Shown piece after piece: positions 13,945 through 25,270 of a stretch of 64,000 nucleotides of DNA. The notes beneath the pieces are model-generated. The model saw only the letters and a list, made by a program, of their open reading frames with translations. It was not told the DNA's origin and made no database searches. This DNA is from Torpedo marmorata (Eukaryota). Position 1 is the stretch's first letter; the number at the start of each line of letters is the position of its first letter. The stretch covers positions 47,554,001 to 47,618,000 of the forward strand of contig OZ360223.1 in assembly GCA_977017645.1 (NCBI GenBank), read 5' to 3'. Both the position numbers and the translations under genes were made by a program.

Positions 13945-14148
13945 CAATAAAACCCCTGTATCCAGAATTCAAGCAACCGGCAAAAACAAATCGAGGAAAA
14001 TAAATAGGTAAAAAATACAGAAGTTTAAAATTGGCGCGCCTCACCGTTGGTTCGCCAATCGCACAACACGCGATCTCAAGCAACTGGAAAATACACTTAT
14101 CAGGCATCTACCAATCCCCATAGGTGCCGGATACCAGGGGTATTACTG
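13945..14148. mobile_element. MITE of Tc1/mariner-pogo (Tigger-like) type
   Basis: Imperfect TIRs caataaaacccctgtatcc...ggataccaggggtattactg flanked by TA on both sides; a second copy lies at ~37963-38168. Confidence 0.85.
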
Positions 14149-14682
14149 TAATGTGAACCACAGTAAAAATTGTTCCCATGAAATTAAATTATTCCCTTAA
14201 TGGCGTTTTTTGCAATATGGCTCACATCAATATTTAGATTTGTGTTCATAATTACTAATTACTCATGGGTAGCTTGTGAGCAGTGAAAGATTGTCCAAGT
14301 CCCCTGGTCCCATAACCACTCGAGTTTGCAGGAGGTGGAAAATTTCATCCCAAATTAGCATTGAAGCAAAGGAAGGACCTGGTTAAAATTTGGTTACAAC
14401 CCAGCTTTTTACAATTAAGATACTGACATTTTCCCACCTAGTGGAAAGCATGAGTCACATTACAAATATTGGCAAGCAAGTTGATTATGTTACTTAATAA
14501 CATTTACATCAAATACTTATTATTTTATAGCAGAGATATTTAAACCTTAAAAATTACTGTAAATTGTCCAAAATAATAATATCATTCTTGACACTTATTT
14601 AGATTCCTGCCATATAATGAATGTTGGGTTATTTTTATGTCGCATTTTACATTTGTTCTAATATATTTTTGTACACTTGTAG

Positions 14683-14862
14683 AAAGCATATCGAGACTTC
14701 CGGCTACAGGGAGTACTCGATTCAACCTTAAATAGCAAGACCTATGAAACCGTTCGGAACAGACTGACTGTAGAAGAAGCCACGGCATCAGTTTCTGAAG
14801 GTGGCGGTCTCCAAGGAATTACAATGAAAGACAGTGATGAAGAAGATGAGGAAGAAGATTAG
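14683..14862 (+). CDS. CADPS: CADPS terminal coding exon
   Basis: Acceptor tttttgtacacttgtAG|. 180 nt in phase with the previous exon: [71 protein letters not shown] residues match CADPS1 rather than CADPS2. Not in the ORF track. Confidence 0.97.
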   Translation, partial: KAYRDFRLQGVLDSTLNSKTYETVRNRLTVEEATASVSEGGGLQGITMKDSDEEDEEED

Positions 14863-15780
14863 ATCAGTTAGGTTTAGAGGCAGAATTTTGATGTAGCCTG
14901 ATAACAAATGCATGTACCACTGTTATCCCATTAGCCACAATAGGATCTTATTTTTCAACTACTTGTAATGGAAATGAAGGAACAGTTATCAGTAATATTG
15001 AAAGTTTAGCTGTGTGAAAAAACTAGCACTTATTTGAACCATTGATTTCAAAATTAATTTCTGTATGTTCATGAGCAGTATGGCGTAACCATTGTTTGAT
15101 AATGTTACGTGAGATATGTAAGAATATTGCTAGGTGTGTCCTGTAAAATGCAGAACTTATATGGCGCTTCATCAATGTAATGTACATATATATATCTTGA
15201 CGGTAAGATGTTGTGAAGATGAGTGAGTAATTTTATTTATTGATATTTCTTTACTGGCTGCCAACTGCTTAAAAAGAAAATGTTCCCTGTATTTGTGCAA
15301 TTTAAAGGTTTTATAATAACCTTAATACATTTTTGTTTAATTTTCTCTTTTCATTCTTGTGTATTTCCTAGTTAATTTTCTCTTTCTTGGATGCTTTTCT
15401 ATGTATGCAGAAAAGAATGTTACAATTGTTTTCTTTCGATATTTCTGAATTCAGATCTTTTTCTTTTGGGATGTTATGAAAGTGGTACATTTGTGCCCAA
15501 ATTAAAAGTGCTCAATTTTATTTATGAAAAATCATATTCTGTGATGATATTGAATAATCCGAATGAGTTATCTCCAAAATATACTCAATTTGTTCATCTG
15601 CCTTTTTATTTAAAGCCATAGTGAAACCTCAATTTTAAATAATCCATATTTTAAAAAATTCCTTTCAAATGATTCATTTGAGTAAAATCTGATATTTTCA
15701 TAAAGTTTGACTGTTTTTCTCCCCATACATATGCTTCACTTGTGGTTCCTTGTAAATATAAAGCTGTATAATGCATTTGG
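14863..15780 (+). promoter_or_regulatory. CADPS: Probable CADPS 3' UTR (end uncertain)
   Basis: AT-rich, repeat-free sequence after the stop codon; ATTAAA at 15501-15506; UGUANAUA Pumilio motifs at 15181 and 15751. True 3' end cannot be fixed from sequence. Confidence 0.55.
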
Positions 15781-16605
15781 AAAAGTAGCTGCATGATAAA
15801 GGGATCTCCTTTTTCTCCAAAAGCTATTAGTCTCTGTGTGAAGTAGCTGGTGGTGGAACAAAGCATCTTGCTTTGGCCTTAAGCCCACAGCAGTGCCATG
15901 GAAAACTGTGGATCCTGAGTAAATTGTACAAATGTCTATCATTTGTGCTTATAAAATCATGTTATCAATATGCTATTCTGTACTGTGACAATGTCCAAAC
16001 ATTTTTTTTTCTTGAATGCACAAATTCAGAATGAAACTGGCTGTTGAACAGAGGGTTTCAGGCAGTTAAATTTAGATAATATAGGAGACACTCATAGGTC
16101 AGGAAGCATCCCTGGAGAAAGGGACAATCACTTTTTATCAGAATTGAAAAGTTTTGAGCTTAAACCAACTTACTGCTATTATATTTAAAAGGTTCTATGA
16201 CTAACAACCTTCCAAATCTTACTTTGGAATGACATCAGGTGAAGGTGAAAGATCTGTGTGTAAACATTGACTAAAACTGGTGAATCATGTTACTTTGAAG
16301 TGACACAGTATATTTGTATCCAAGATCGAGTAAACCAAGATGATAATGACGTTTGCACTTGTCCTGTTTCACACAATATTAAACAGCCAGAAAATTCACT
16401 GAAAAAATTAATTGACTGCTTATTTTGCAAAGTGGAACCAGAGCACAGTATATTATTACGTTGGCATGGCTGTCTGAACTCAGTTAATCTGTTTATGAAT
16501 TGCAACATGTAGTAAGTAATATGTGATAACTCTATTGTGCTAGTGTATACCTATTAATAGCTAAACTTATTTGGGATTTCAACGTAGTGAAGATTAGTGA
16601 GGTTA

Positions 16606-16836
16606 AAAAACACAAAAGCTGGAGAACTCAGCAGGTCAAACAGTGTCTTTTATGTAGCAAAGGTAGAAATACATAACCAACGTTTCAGGCTTGAGCCCTT
16701 AAGGGCTCAAGCCTGAAACGTCGGTTATGTATTTCTACCTTTGCTACATAAAAGACACTGTTTGACCTGCTGAGTTCTCCAGCTTTTGTGTTTTTTACTT
16801 CAACCACGGTGTCTACAGATTTTCGTGTTTATTTTT
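16606..16836 (+). mobile_element. Penelope-derived palindromic mini-insertion
   Basis: ~190-bp near-perfect inverted repeat centred on cccttaaggg (16696-16705); right arm plus tail matches the Penelope 3' end at 63025-63145; 15-bp TSD agattagtgaggtta (16591-16605/16837-16851). Confidence 0.9.
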
Positions 16837-18351
16837 AGATTAGTGAGGTTATTTTTCTGTGACAATTTACCACGTATCCACCACCAAGTAGGCAGAAATG
16901 CCACCGATACCTCAGAAAAATGTAGTAAATCACATAGTTTTAACTAGGTTCCTCTAATTCTTTCACTCAAGTGTCAGATATCAAATAAAAAATTTTAAAA
17001 TCTGATTGGTAAATTCACCCCAAAAATAAGCACACACATCCTATCACATTTCTTTCCATTATTCTCAGTAATCAAGTTTTTTATTCACTTTAAATGATCA
17101 TTACAATTTCACATTTATTCTCATCTAATTTTTATAATTATTTTTGTCAATCCACTTATCATTCTCACATGATGAGTATCCATTGAAATGCATCTTCAAG
17201 TCGAGGGAAGTTTCCCATCTTTTTCAAGCCCAGTTTCGACATCTTTAACTTCCATTTCAAATTTTTAACTATTTGTAAATGGTGTTCTTTGTTCTTGCAT
17301 TCTTCCCCACTGTTCACGAGAGTAAACTTTAGAGAGAGCAGCTGAAGAAATGTGCAAGAACTCTATTTATCAATTTCAAGCAACCGGATTTGAGTCACTA
17401 TTTTAAAAGGACATTCCTTTCTCTGTCTCTCTCTCTGAATGAAGCAAATGATCACACATCCACTAACAACATCATAGTGAGCAAGAATATTACTTATTTA
17501 AAAGAGAGGCAAACTTCCGGCGCTACATGCTCATAAAATCAGGATCCACATTATAACCTGCTTACTCATAATTCCCTTATTGTCTATTAAATCTAACTTT
17601 CAGAATATTGATGGCAAAACCATTTTTATTTTACAGTCATGAATGTCAGGCGAGGTACTTTTTCAAAATTAAACCTTGGAAATATTTTTTTCTGCACAAG
17701 AAGCTTTGGAACTGTCCTTGATCGTATGAATATTAATTTCTAGCTACAGAATTCTTAGTTCTTGTACCAAAAATTTACAGCTTTGTAACGCATGTGCAAT
17801 GCCATTACTGACGACAAATTCTTCTGTCTTGCATCTGCATTTAATTTTTTAAACATCACATTTCATAACAAACCTGTATTTTGCCCAGGCATTACCTGGG
17901 GTCTCTCAAATCTTTTCAAATCATCTTCAGTTCACAACTGCACAAATATGACAATCAAACAGTTGTCATATTGCTGCATACGCCCATATTATAAGTACTG
18001 AGGAGGGCATTTTAACTCCAGAGGGACAAAATAATTAAATATTAACAACTGAAACCCAAGCTCGGTAGGGGACATGAGGGCATCCAATGCAACCAGGGAG
18101 TTAATTTGAACAAGAATTCTGACATTGATGGATTGAAAGTTATATCCCCTTGGTTAAGTACATCAAATTTTACCTTTTTTTTTTGACTTAACCTTCTCCA
18201 AGGCTTAAGAAACAAGGGAAGTTACAGACTACCAGATACAGCAGGCACGCTGCAGTTTCCTCAAACTAACTTCATGCCTGCCTTCCTCTCTGCAAACTCC
18301 AGATAAATCATTTGTGATGCAATCTCCTGATCTGTCTCTTTGCATAATCTC

Positions 18352-20492
18352 ATCATATAACCATATAACAATTACAGCACGGAAACAGGCCATTAGGCCC
18401 TTCCAGTCCGCACCGAACCAAACATTCCTATCTAGTCCCACCTACCTGCACCCTGCCCATAACCCTCCACTTCCTTCTCATCCATATACTTGTCCAACTT
18501 TTTCTTAAATAATAAAATTGACTCTGGCGCACATGCACGAAGATGGCCGCGCTGCCGGAGCCGCTGTAGCGGCAGCGCTGCCGCTGGTGCGGACCCGCGA
18601 GGAGCGTGGGAGCGGAGATACAGCGCTCCCGCGGGGTCCAGCCGCCCAGTCGACTGCCGTCGGTTCCGCACGGGCTTTGAACAGCCCGTTAAAGGAGCCG
18701 ACGGTGGTTTTATTTAAGATCCCGCGACCGCGGGGTCTGCGCCCAAGATGGCAGCGCCTATAAACCGGCAGCAGCCACGAGGGGCTGCAGACTCCGGGGA
18801 AGCGGGGGACTGGAGCAGGGCACCAGTGGACGGGAAGATCACCCCCGTCTGAGAAGGAGAAGCGGAGGAGACGACCCACGGGACGGTGACCAGGGCGGCG
18901 GACCGGTGAGGGGCTCTGAGGCTGAAGGACCAGTGCATGCGGCGGGCTGCTGGCGACTCGAGGCGAGGAACCCACGGAGGCTGTGGGCTGCTGGAGACTG
19001 CTGTCGGGGGACTCACGACGGGCTGCGGACTGCTGGAGGTTGGCTCGAACTGGCTGGAGGAGTACCAGGTATCGGAACCGGGATGTGAGGGGGTGCCGAG
19101 GGCGACCTGACCGTGTTGGAGGTTCGGATCTGGAGCTCGGGATGCCGATCGTTTGGACTGGACTCTGTGTGGCTGCGGAAGCGCTGGAGGCGAATCTATG
19201 GACACTTGGTGACTCTGGGGGGACTCTCTTTTGCTTCTCTTTCTCTGACTGTAAGGAATGTTAGAGGCGCCTAGGCAGTTTCTGCCGATGGCGAATCTGT
19301 CTGCCTTGGAGCAGGCAAAAAGAAATTTCGTGGTATATGACACTGTCGTATTGCTGTGACAATAAATTGAATCTTGAATCTACTTCTCCCGGAAGCTCAT
19401 TCCACACCGCTACCACTCTCTGAGTAAAGAAGTTCCCCCTCATGTTACCTCTAAACCTCTGCCCCTTAATTCTTAGCTCATGTCCTCTTGTTTCAATCTC
19501 TCCTGTTCTTAATGGAAATAGTCTATCCACATCCACTCTGTCTATCCCCTTCATAATTTTAAATACCTCTATCAAATCCCCTCTCAACCTTCTACGCTCC
19601 AAAGAATAAAGACCTAATCTGCTCAATCTCTCCTTGTACTCTAGATTCTTAAACCCAGGCAACATTCTGGTAAACCTTCTCTGCACTCTCTCCACCTTGT
19701 TGATATCCTTCCTATAATTTGGCGACCAGAACTGCACACAGAACTCTAAATTAGGCCGCACCAAAGCCTTATATAATCTCAACATCACTTCCCAACTCCT
19801 ATATTCTATGCAATGATTGATAAAGGCCAGCATACTAAAAGCCTTCTTCACCACCCTGTTCACATGAGTTTCCACCTTCAGGGAATGATGCACCGTTATT
19901 CCTAAATCCTTCTGCTCTTCTGTATTCATCAATGCTCTCCCATTTACTACATATGTCCTGTTCTGATTCTTCCTACCAAAATGAAGCACATCACACTTAT
20001 CAGCATTAAACTCCATCTGCCATTTTTCAGCCCACTTTTCTAAGCAGCCCAAATCCCTCTGCAATCCTTGAAAACCTTCTTCATTATCCACTATTCCACC
20101 TATCTTAGTATCATCTGCATATTTACTAATCCAGTTTACCACCCCATCATCTAGATCATTGATATATATAACAAACAACAACGGGCCCAATACAGATCCC
20201 TGAGGCACACCGCTGGTCACCTGCCTCCAACCTGACAGACAATTATCCACTACCACTCTCTGGCCTCTCCCTTCCAGCCAATGTTCAATCCATTTGACTA
20301 TCTCAGAATTTATACCTAAAGACTGCACCTTCCTAACTAACCTTCCATGCGGAACCTTATCGAAGGCCTTACTGAAGTCCATATAGACAACATCCACCGC
20401 GCTACCCTCATCCACATTCATAGTCACCTCTTCAAAAAATTCAATCAGATTGGTCAAACAGGACCTTCCGCTCACAAATCCGTGTTGAGAGT
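18352..20492 (-). mobile_element. CR1 LINE, 5'-truncated, RT intact up to a nested insertion
   Basis: ORF 20514-19261: SQHGF..GRSCLTNL, VYMDFSKAFDKVPH, SGVPQGSVLGP, KYADD; tail (atatggtt)n at ~18352; interrupted by the GC-rich element. Confidence 0.95.
18526..19380 (+). mobile_element. GC-rich non-autonomous retroelement, copy 1
   Basis: ~850 bp, CpG-rich, strongly similar to 23948-24740 (-) and ~53210-54074 (+); ends tgacaataaa(ttgaatc)n; splits the CR1. Confidence 0.9.
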
Positions 20493-20499
20493 TCCAAGT

Positions 20500-21570
20500 G
20501 TAATCTCTCCCCACTTTGCCTTAAAACCTGCCCATTCATTTAATATGATAATGACTGACCTTTGCTGGCCTTAAACCCTGTGCCATTCCTCCATACCCTT
20601 CTGCTTCTTGATCTAGCAAATATTTATCCACCCTCACTTTTAAGTATTTCCAATGATCCAGCTTCCTCCACTCAGCAGATTCACCACCTCTTGCAAAAAG
20701 AAGTTTCTACACATCTCCGTTTGAAATGACCAGTCAGTTATCATGTAGTTATGTCTCTTTTCTCGAGACTCTTCCACTAGCAAAAATATCCCAACATCTA
20801 CCATGTCAAGCCCTCCAAGGAACTTGTGTGTTTGAATAAAGTCACTTTTTATTCTTCAGAACTCCAAGGTATGCAAACTCAAACTATTTAGTCCCTCTTT
20901 GTAGGACAACCCTCTCATTCCAGAAATTAGCCCAAGAAATAGGAGCAGGAGTAGGCCATCTGGCCTGTCGAGCCTGCTCCACCATTCAATATGATCATGG
21001 CTGAAACTGGCCGTGAACTTCACTGCGCTTACCTGCCTGTTCTCCATAATCCTAAATTATTCTTCAAAAATCTATCTATTTGTGTCTTAAATACATTCAA
21101 TAAGGCAGACTCCATTGCTTCCTTGGGCAGAGAATTCCACAGATTCACTACTCTCTGGGAAAATCAGCTCCTCTTTATTTGTCTTAAATCTATTCCCCAA
21201 ATCCTGAAGCCATAACCCCTAGTTCTATCTCATCTGCCAGTGGAAACAACCTCCCTGCTTCCATTGTATCCCTTTCTTAATTTTATATATCTTTATAAGA
21301 TCCCCCCTCATCCTTCTAAACTTCAGTATTGCCCCAAGCTACTCATTCTTTCCCCACAAGCTAACCCCTTCATTTCCATAATCAACTTGGAGATCATTCT
21401 CCGCACCACCTCTAAAGCCAGTATATCCTTTGCTCAAGTGAGGAGAGCAGAACTGCACACAGTGTGTCAGGTGAGGCCACATCAGTAACCTGTACAGTTG
21501 CAGCAGGGCCACCCTGCTCTGAAATTCATTCCCTCTAACAATGAAGGCCAACATCCCATTTGCATTCTTG
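20500..21570 (-). mobile_element. Two older CR1 3' fragments
   Basis: agaaataggagcaggagtaggccat...atgatcatggctga CR1 terminus at ~20936; minus-strand ANGMLAFI..LYRLLMWPHLTHCVQFCSP. Confidence 0.8.
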
Positions 21571-22039
21571 ATCATGAATCTCCTTTGTACTGCAAGCACT
21601 GACCACAAGACATTAAATAACTCCACCTGGTAGAAAAATACCTTTGAAGAATCCCTACCAATAAATTTGGCTGGACTTCTTTCTTTCACACATGATCTGG
21701 TTTCTCAATGCTGAAGGGTAGTCCCATCTCTCTTGTCAGATACTGAAGCCATAATGATAGTCTCACCCAGTCCATGCTTCTGGGTCAGTTTCACAGCATC
21801 AATACTCGCATGTCCCTTAGGGAATCTTAATGGACTGTAATAACAGTGATCTAATAATTTTCATTCATTCAAAGTACACCATTCACTTTTCCACCTGCAC
21901 TTCACAACATCCTTAACTTATTTGATTTTATTTCTCACTCTGTTGGAAGAATCCATTTGGATGATGAAGTTATGGATGATTCTTAGAACAATCCCATTCC
22001 CCATTTATTTCTCCGTCACCTGTTCTCTTTTATATGCCC

Positions 22040-22240
22040 ATTAACATCTGATTCTCCCACCAGCACAAGTGGTCGTTTACAGCAGGTAATCATTACTAAC
22101 TTGCACTTCTTCGAGACACGAGTGGAAACTAGTACCCAGAGGTAACCAATGGGATCACAGACTCTACACAGATAGCAGAGGTCACGATTGAACCCAGGAC
22201 ACTGGAGCCGTGACACAGTAGCTCCACCTGATGCAGAACT
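22040..22240 (-). mobile_element. tRNA-derived SINE (HE1/V-SINE-like), degenerate
   Basis: Minus strand reads ggagctactgtgtcacggctccagtgtcctgGGTTCAATCgtgacctc..gctatctgtgtagagt: B box followed by a V-SINE-like core. Confidence 0.7.
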
Positions 22241-22319
22241 ATGCACATCAAAGGAAATCAATATACATTTCTAATAAAGGATTACTGATTTTAAAAAAAC
22301 TCAAAATGTAGAAGTGGGT

Positions 22320-23201
22320 TGTTACAAAATCAAACCAGCAACGACAGAAGACACAATGCAAAAGGGGTAAAATTGAAATTTATATTTATTAAAGACAATT
22401 AAACATATAATTTCACAACAATTAACCCCACTATAAACGTCTATAAACACTATTCTTATCTAAAAGGTGTGTGTGTGTGTGTGTGTGTGTAAAGCCCAGA
22501 CCATTACAGTCTGTGCGCAACCCTCATGTAAAAATGGAAAAACTTTCCCCAAAAACCCCAGGTCAGTCATAAAAACAAGTCAGTCAGAAAAATAATACAG
22601 TCCACAAAAATTCACTCTCTATGTTCAGGATCCAAATTCAGCTCTGTGTGCTGGCAAGAAGGACTTCTCAATGAACGTTGGAGAGAGACAATGACTGTTT
22701 ATGCTTACAAATACTTGGCCTGCTTTTTTTCTCTGATGACTTTCCTTTTTGGTAGAGATTCACGAGGATTGCGACTCCAAATCAGTATACCACTGATTGA
22801 GGCGTGTACTTGGATCTCACAGCTGGTCTCGCTGATCTCACGCCTGTTCTCCACAAAAGTTGCTTTAACTCAGGATTTTGCTGAGACAGGAGGCCATGTT
22901 CTATTCTCCCAGCCTTTTTCCCTGGGATGCACAAGCCTAGATTTTGCTGTGTTCTCTAGCCTTTGCAACTCCAAAACTGAATGCTTTTTGCAGAGGTTTG
23001 CACCTGCTTTTGCAAAAGTGCAACAAAGTATCTTTTCCACAGCCTGTCTCTCTCTCTGGTCTCTCTCTCTCTCTCTCTCAGGGTACACCAAGTCCTGGGC
23101 AAGTTAACTCTTTCAGTACCTGGTCCCAGTGTGTACTCCAAAAGGTTTCATCCTTCCTGCTGACCGTCCGCAGTCCAAATGGTCAGTCATGGTCCATAAC
23201 A
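22320..23201 (-). mobile_element. Solo LTR (882 bp)
   Basis: Termini TGTTA...TAACA; 4-bp TSD GGGT (22316-22319/23202-23205); AATAAA on the minus strand near 22386; internal (TG)n and (CT)n tracts. Confidence 0.85.
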
Positions 23202-23947
23202 GGGTATAAACAAACATATTCATGATCTTCACAGCAAAATTATCTTGGGAAAAGAGACTGCCCCAATATTAATAAACCCAACCCAAACCACAAAGATGGG
23301 GATGTGTCAATAAACAGTGGGGCAATGCCTTCAACTTAGTATTCGTTTCATTACCAACTTGACATCTGGAGATCTCTGAAGCTTGTAGCTAAATATATTA
23401 GCCAATCCCAATTTTCTGCTCCTGGATAACTCTGATATCACTGCATCATTAAAAAAAATCAACCTATTTAACTTATAGAGACAGTGACAACAGATTATTA
23501 AGAACAAAGCTTCCAGAGAAAAAGGTTTATTTTGTGAATTTTTTACCTAAATTGCCATATGGTAGATTTCAACATCTGTGGATGTGAGGAGTATAATCCC
23601 TGGATATGTGTAAGGACAAGAGGTTCAGAGTACAGGAAAAATCAAGACAAAAAGTCAAACTTCAGGTAATCAAATGGCCAGGCACTTAGGGCAAGACATG
23701 CATGACGTGAGGAATTAAGCAGACATCAAGAAAGTTGCAGTTCAATAAAATTAATAGGACGACGGGCAGAGCGGAATAAAATAATCCTTGGACACCAGGG
23801 CAGGAGGAGAGAATCCGTAAAACAATTGAATTTAAGGAGGAGAAATCAATCATTGGCATGCAGAAACAATGCAAGCACTTCAGTTCAGCTTTGCTGGATA
23901 GTACCCAGTTACTACCAATACAATAGCGTTTGTAAATTACCTCATAC

Positions 23948-24740
23948 TTCAAGATTCAAGATTCAATTTATTGTCATAGTAATAAGACAGTGTCATATTC
24001 CATGAAATTTCTTTTTGCCTGCTGCAAGGCAGACAGATTCGCCACCGGCAGAAATTGCCTAAGCGCCTCTAACATTCCTTACAGTCAGAGAAAGAGAAGC
24101 AAAAGAGAGTCCCCCCAGAGTCACCGAGTGTCCGTAAATTCGCCTCCATCGCTTCCGCAGCCACACAGAGTCCAGTCCAAACCATGGCAACCCGAGCTCC
24201 AGATCCAAACCTCCAACACGGTCAGGGCGCCCTTGGCAACCCCTCACATACCGGTTCCGATACCTGGTACTCCTCTGGCCAGTTCGAGCCAGCCTCCGGC
24301 AGTCACCAGCCCGGCATTAGTCCCCCGACAGCAGTCTCCAGCAGCCCACAGCCTCCGCGGGTTCCTCGCCTCGAGTCGCCAGCACCCCGCCGCATGCACT
24401 GGTCCTTCAGCCTCAGAGCCCTGGTCCTTCAGCCTCAGAGCCCCTCACTGGTCCGCCGCCGTGGTCACCGTCCCATGGGTCGTCTCCTCCGCTTCTCCTT
24501 CTCAGACGGGGGGTGATCTTCCCGTCCTCTGATGCCCTGCTCCAGTCCTCCGCTTCCCCGGAGTCTGCAGCCCCTCGTGGCTGCTGCCGGTTAAAAGGCG
24601 CTGCCATCTTGGGCGCAGACCCCGTGGTCGCGGGATCTCAAATAAAACCACCAGGGCCGTTCAAAGCCCATGCGGAACCGACAGCAGTCGACTGGGCAGC
24701 TGAACCCCGCGGGAGCGCTGTATCTCCGCTCCTACGCTCC
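23948..24740 (-). mobile_element. GC-rich non-autonomous retroelement, copy 2 (5'-truncated)
   Basis: Reverse complement of copy 1; tail (gattcaa)n at 23948; private ~21-bp tandem duplication at ~24399-24441. Confidence 0.9.
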
Positions 24741-25270
24741 CCGCTTTATACATAGTTAACACTTCTAAAACTTGAAAGTATTTTTGACTCCTGAAATTAT
24801 GTGATATAATAACACTTAAACGACCAACCTAACACTTGTTGATTTATGTTGTTGCATTGGACCGATTTGTGTGCAAGGGATGCTGGGCTGCAACCAATTT
24901 CAACTTAGAGACTCTTAAATTACAGACTTCAGAGTTTGATGCAAGTTTGTTCCATGAGCTTGTATGTATTTGAAACTAAAGTTCAGAGTGGATGGATTTA
25001 TTTCATATCCTATGAATACAAACAACAGATAATGAAGATTCTTTTCCAGAGTGAGCTGGGTATGAAGCCCAATTACAAATTAAGACATTTGTCTAACCAA
25101 ATGCAGCACCCATTCTCCGCATCCCTCAACATCAGTTCTGGCAATAGCATCCCTTTCTCTTAATGTTGTGGTACAAGATCTGAGGGCTTCTCTGGATGCT
25201 ACATTCACAACAAGGGCACAAATACAAGTCAAAATACTCGAAACCACAAGGCTTTTTAAATAATAATTGT

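Noticed and set aside
14683-14862. Assignment to CADPS2
   Set aside because: Diagnostic residues (MNV.CTW, RMDL, VLDST, YET.RNRL, long acidic tail) fit CADPS1.
16060-16150. Possible old Penelope-terminus remnant (acactcataggtcaggaagcatc)
   Set aside because: Too short and decayed to call.
19260-19330. HDV-like ribozyme at ggcgaatctgtctgcc
   Set aside because: Could not build the P1/P2/P3 nested pseudoknot; better explained as the LINE 3' recognition stem-loop.
18432-19343. Overlapping ORFs in the GC-rich element (also near 24 kb and 53 kb)
   Set aside because: Frames and stops differ between copies; long ORFs are expected from high GC.
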